From the NCBI GenBank assembly GCA_965603825.1, contig CBFDEM010000001.1:558001-622000 (forward strand): a DNA stretch of 64,000 nt, read 5' to 3'. The translations under genes and the position numbers were made by a program. The DNA comes from Blepharisma stoltei ATCC 30299. Its lineage: Eukaryota; Protista; Ciliophora. Positions 59,142 to 64,000 of this stretch are shown here, one piece after another. The notes under the pieces are model-generated. The model was not told where the DNA came from. It ran no database searches and saw only the letters and a program-made list of their open reading frames with translations. Within the stretch, counting starts at the first letter, position 1. Every line of letters begins with the position of its first letter.

Positions 59142-60161
59142 ATGAAATATTTTTCAATCCTCCTCTTGATTCCTTGTGTATGCTCTTTTAAATATCTTTC
59201 AGCAACTGTCCATTCACAAGATGTCAAGCCTATCCCAAAGCGAGATCCATGACACCCTCACCTTTATTTAGTCCATGACGAAGTGGGAGATGGCTATGAA
59301 ATTCGAAATTCCCATGAGTTTTATGATGTATCTGTAAGCTTTCTGGAGACAAAAGAAAGCTCCCCAGGCGTTATGAACTGTGAATGCAGATTCGTTCAAA
59401 GTGATTTAACTGATGAAGAAGACTCAACAGAATTTTTACAAGTAATCACTCCAAATACCCAGAAAAGGCTAGAAGTAGCCCAACAGCAGGAAAAAGAAAG
59501 GTTAAAAGAAATTCCAATTGGGGTGAATCCACAGTTTGTGCAGAGCACTAAGCCTTTAAGAGTCGACACAAGGAGAGAGATAAGAAACCCTCAGCTGATT
59601 GAAACGAATGAGAATTTAGAAATGCAAAAGAAAGAGAAAAGCTATGAAACTGCAAAGCAAAATCTAGAAATCCCACAAGAAAACAGCTATAAAAGGGTAG
59701 AAGTGCCCTCTTCAGGCTATGAAAACAATAGTGAATATCAGCCAATGCTGGCGCCAAGAGTTTTTGAAGCTCCTAAGCAGCATTTTTTCAGGGATTCCCC
59801 ACCTCCTGCACCTTATTATGCTGAAGCAAGGCCATTGTACCAGCCTCAGGTATTTCAAAATGAATATAAAGCTAGCTATAGCCCAGAAAGTTACCCTCCT
59901 CCACAATATATTGAAGAAAGAGCTCAAGGGTCTCAATATATTAAAGAAAGGTCCCAAGAATACGCTCCAAAATATGTGGAAGAAAGGCCGCCACAATATG
60001 TCGAGGAGAGACCTCAAGTTTATCAATATAGCAACGATGCTTCACAAGTGCCAGTTTATCAGGATGAAAGAGCTACTTATCAGCCACAATCAGCAGAGTA
60101 CTATGATCCAAGATATATTTCCAATTCTAAGGTAGTCTACGTATACCCGCCTTATCCTTAG
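59142..60161 (+). CDS. Secreted protein with P/Y/Q/E-rich C-terminus
   Basis: ATG 59142 gives signal peptide MKYFSILLLIPCVCS; one TGA; QY(I/V)EER repeats. Confidence 0.65.
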
Positions 60162-60189
60162 GCAGAAATTATAAGTTATAAAAATTTAG

Positions 60190-61920
60190 TTAATTTTCCC
60201 TAAATTTATTAACGCTTGAAAGAATGTATCTATTCATCGCTTCTTTGTAGTCTGGGAAGGTATAATATCCAGGGAAATAGTTCAAGTCAACTATCACATA
60301 ATCCCCAGTCCCCTCTTCAATCAAAAGGTCATAGCTTAGCATCCCTAGTCCTGTAAATTCTTTCAAATGCCTATTAGTTTCCTCCACAACTACCTCATTT
60401 ATCTCTTGCACAGGAGGCAGCATTCTAAGCCCACTCGGCAACTCTTTAGCACTATCAAACAAAATAAAATCATTTTCATCCAGCGCAAATGAATCTTTAG
60501 GAGTCACCTGGAACTCGTCTCCTAGCACATAAACCTTATAAACTCCTCCTAAATGACTGACCCATTCAGATATTACAATGTCTCCGTATATAAATTTGAA
60601 TGCATCTTTTAGGCCTTCTTGATTTTTTACTAGAGCCATGCTATGGCTTCCTTTAACTTGGCAGGCCACATTGGTTTTCACAATACATGGGAATTTTATG
60701 TTTTCTTGGGTCAGCAGCTCTGGAGCTCGTACTGTGATATTTTGGCTTTCTATTAGAATAGGGTTAAACTGGCTAAGAAATTCTCTTCGAGAATTGGTGA
60801 TTCGGAGCCCTTCAAGGGGGTCTAATAGCAAGACATTTGGGTGGCTTTCTAAGTAAGCTCGCAAATTGTCAAGCCCTTCTTGGTCTTCTGGCTTTCCAGA
60901 CAGCATCATATCAGTGACCTTATGGACAATAACATCAAAATTCCCTAAGCTCTCAATAGGCGCTCTTAGTTCAATCGGCATATAAAAAACTTTGGAATTT
61001 GACACAAAAGCGCCTTGTTTACCAGTTTCTAATTTTTTTCGTAAATGTGGGAAATAATAGCCGACTTTGACCTGGTTTGACTCAGGAGTTTCATTATTCA
61101 AGTAATTTATGGTAGGGATCAGCTGCGATAAACAGACTATCCCAGCTTTTGGCATATATTGAGGGTTGGCTTCTCTGATCCTTTTTAAGTTTTGGTCAAG
61201 GCTGTATGGAATAGCATTAATTCATATTGAGGTGACCCCGAGTAAATTTCCCATCAAAACGTCGCGGTCTAATAAGTCGCCTACAATGACGGCTTCTTCT
61301 TTAGTTAAATTCATCCTTTCAAGGATAATTTCTAGCATTTTTGGGTTAGGCTTGCGAACGCCGACATATGCAGAAACGACTAGTACGTCTATAAATGGGG
61401 TAATGCCAAGCTGCTCAAGCATCTGTTCGTGCTTTACAGGGTGAGCTGAGTTAGAAGCTAATGCAATTTGATAGCCAAGCCTTTTCAGCTCTCTTAAAGT
61501 ATCTAAAGTATCAGGCCACAGCTCATAAATCCCTTGCTGGATCGCTTCACGACCTGAAAAAATTTCATCAAAAACAGGTAAAAGATCATAATAAATTTCC
61601 CTATTTTCACTTGTTCCTGCAGCTGTATTTTGTCTGTCAACCAAAACTTGTATAGCTTGCTCTGACATACGATATTCAGTGTATACCTCAGTCGATATGT
61701 TTTTTTGTTTTCGCACTCCGATATTTAAGGTGTTGAGATCATTAACATATTCCTCACGTGTATAGCTGCTGAGGCAGGGGAAGCGGTCTTGAAGATTCCG
61801 GGCTACTAATTGGTCATAGACGTACCCATAATACACTTTGCAACGCTCAAAAAGCATTTCTTTGTCTAGCTGATTAGATAGAGTCTGCCCGACATCAAAA
61901 ACCACGCCTTTGATGACCAT
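60190..61920 (-). CDS. HAD-family phosphatase::ITPK1 (inositol tris/tetrakisphosphate kinase, ATP-grasp) fusion, 576 aa
   Basis: HAD motifs FDVGQTL, ASNS, RKP, VGDLLDRD; ITPK1 motifs DVIVHKVTD, FPCIVK..SHSM, YKVYVLGD, VDLNYFPGY. Same frame, separated only by TGA 61222. Confidence 0.85.
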
Positions 61921-61967
61921 ATATTATTCTTATTGCAAAAATATATTAAACTAGTTAATTATAAAGC

Positions 61968-62480
61968 CTATCTCACGATGTTCGCTACGAACTGCGTTGC
62001 TGCCATTCTCAGCCTGGAGTTCACTGACAATTTCATTTCATTGATTTCTTTTTCGATTTCTTTCAAAAAAGTGACGATAAACTCAATTAGCTTTTCTCTA
62101 TAAAGCTGCTCCATGTGGGTATGAATGATTAAGAAACTGATATCATACCCTTCTATAGGGACTCTTCTCATAATTAAAAATTGTTCTGCCCTCAGGGCTA
62201 AAAACTTCATGAACATTGAAGAAAGCAGCCTATCAAGGTCATCCACTTTTTTAAACCTCAGAGAGATTCTTGTGGAGTTTATTGAAGGCTCTATCAGGGT
62301 TTCTTCATATTTGGATCTCGTCAGGACGATCGGGGGTAATAAAAGTTCTTTAGATTTTCGAGTTTCGACTTCTGGCTTGTTGTGTCTTTCTTCATGCTGT
62401 GATGGGAAGTTCCTGATGTTCAAAGCGGAGTCCAAGGCTGCGCTGATTTCGCCCAAATACTCTTCGAGAGATCTTAACAT
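61968..62480 (-). CDS. ARPC4: Arp2/3 complex subunit 4 (p20)
   Basis: NFPSQHEERHNKPEVE, IEPSINSTRIS, GYDISFLI, KEINEMKLSVNSR. Confidence 0.95.
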   Translation of the reverse strand: MLRSLEEYLGEISAALDSALNIRNFPSQHEERHNKPEVETRKSKELLLPPIVLTRSKYEETLIEPSINSTRISLRFKKVDDLDRLLSSMFMKFLALRAEQFLIMRRVPIEGYDISFLIIHTHMEQLYREKLIEFIVTFLKEIEKEINEMKLSVNSRLRMAATQFVANIVR

Positions 62481-63117
62481 AATAAATGGAAATGATTCAA
62501 CTATTGCTAGATAAAGAGAATAATTTAATAGGAAATATACAGTAGACTTAGCTTATATACTATTAAATTAGATTTTTCGTGTAATAAGCAAGAATAGCTC
62601 TATTTAAATTTATAGAATATTAAATCGAATATTAATTACATATAATACAAATCGATATTACAGTTCAATTCTCTTGCTAAATTGTACTCCACCATCATTG
62701 TGATAATTTAGCTTATCCTTGAAGTAATAAAATATTGATTTAAATTCGCTTAAAAGATCATAAATTTTAGTTTTTATCAGATAGCTTTGCTAAAAAATGC
62801 ACCAAATAAGACAGTTTCTGCAAAACTCCTTCATTTTCTATTTTATATTTTTAATCAAAGCATTTAAAGATTATGAATACTAATATTTTAACTTCTGAGA
62901 CTCCAATATATTAAATGAGATTTTTATGATTCTTTCTGTGAAATAGCCAAATAAAATTTTATAGGGGGATTCAACGAAATTCAAAAAATTTATATAAGTA
63001 TAATAAATATTACGTAGAATTTGCACATTGAGGTGAATTATTTTCGCAACTTATATATTGAAGACTGCCGAATCTAAAGCTAGGATTTTAATTATAACTA
63101 ATTAAATCAACTATTAA

Positions 63118-64000
63118 TTACATTCGATCATGACCAATTCTTTCTAAATTGATACTGCAATTTAATCCTCTCGCCAAATTTAATCCTCCATCATATTGGT
63201 GATATTTACTGTTTAGCTCTTCCTTGAAATTACTGAGTTTTTGATTTCAATTTGCATCACAGTTTAAAAATTTAATTTGCTCGGCAGACAACTTTTTTAA
63301 AAATGCACCAAATAGAACTGTTTCTAGCCAAACTCCACCTTCGCTTAACATTTCACTATCTTCTTTATATAACTCAATAAGAGCCCCTGGAGCTCCTATC
63401 CAAATAGGGCCTTTAGACTCAGGAGTTCTTACGCCTATATCATAGCAGCCAGGAGTGTTTTCTTTACGAACAGCATGAGCCAATTCGTGTAAAAATACAA
63501 CTTTTAGTCCACACTGAGATATAGGGGTATTTTCACTTCACTTAGGATGAATCAATATTGTTCCGCCAAAAATAGTTATTCCAGAAATACTTTCAGGGAC
63601 GCTAGCGAAATAAATTCTGTTTTTATAGTCTTGCCTTAAATAATTGCGTAGGTTTTGATCAAGGCCAAGAGTTTTGAACGCTTCTTTTACTACAGGAGAG
63701 CTAGCTATATTCATAAGTTTAGACAATGAAGGTTCAGGTATGAGCACTGGAGGAGTCATTTTCATTTTAATTGCTATTTGATTTGCCTCATTTACATAGT
63801 TTTCATTTGCTGTTCCATCTAAACTGCAATCAAATAAACGTCTGAAATGTGATACCAGATATTGCTTAATTAATGTGTCAGTTGATGATTTTAGCAGAGA
63901 TATGTAAGCAAATGAATTCATGAACTCTTCAATAATTTTCTTTTGGATATTAACATAGAAATTGATATCTGAATTAAGCAATTTATATTTAACCTTCAAT
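63118..64000 (-). CDS. HExxH-motif protein (5' part outside the window)
   Basis: ORFs joined by TGA 63538 and 63247; LKVVFLHELAHAVR...SEGGVWLETVLFG; TAA at 63118. Confidence 0.65.

Noticed and set aside
61222-61224. TGA as a programmed stop giving a free HAD protein
   Set aside because: It falls in a core strand before the HAD fold is complete, so stopping there would truncate the domain.
1-64000. tRNA, 5S, snRNA, CRISPR, transposase or selenoprotein genes
   Set aside because: No such motifs seen by eye; the TGA codons align to Trp rather than catalytic Cys. A covariance-model scan would be needed to exclude small RNAs.

Overview
This is gene-dense, AT-rich eukaryotic DNA from a heterotrich ciliate, most likely the somatic (macronuclear) genome of Blepharisma (inferred). 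The supplied ORF track uses the wrong genetic code. In-frame TGA sits at conserved Trp positions (WD40, MORN, WWE, HAD, Trf4), while genes end in TAA or TAG, so UGA=Trp. Three 15-nt GT..AG introns are visible. Re-reading with this code merges many ORF fragments into about 35 genes. The window holds one complete, compact rDNA unit (18S, ~36-nt ITS1, 5.8S, ~80-nt ITS2, 28S; minus strand, ~5120-10255) embedded among protein genes, just downstream of an HMG-box gene. Recognisable genes include centrin, 2-Cys peroxiredoxin, ARPC4, Trf4/TENT4, Mo25, VAP, CK1, calpain, LRRC9, Nup98, a sterol methyl-oxidase-like enzyme and a Nudix tandem array. The most unusual items are: a HAD-phosphatase::ITPK1 kinase fusion; a pseudo-otubain::multi-RING::RBR ligase fusion; a Nup98 with an internal ubiquitin-like domain that ends at the HF cleavage site; an ACP lacking the phosphopantetheine Ser; an 84-aa SILK+RVxF+CaaX protein; a direct-repeat-flanked insertion in a Nudix pseudogene; and strong gene-to-gene differences in TGA versus TGG use. 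All domain calls were made by eye from motifs, with no database searches.
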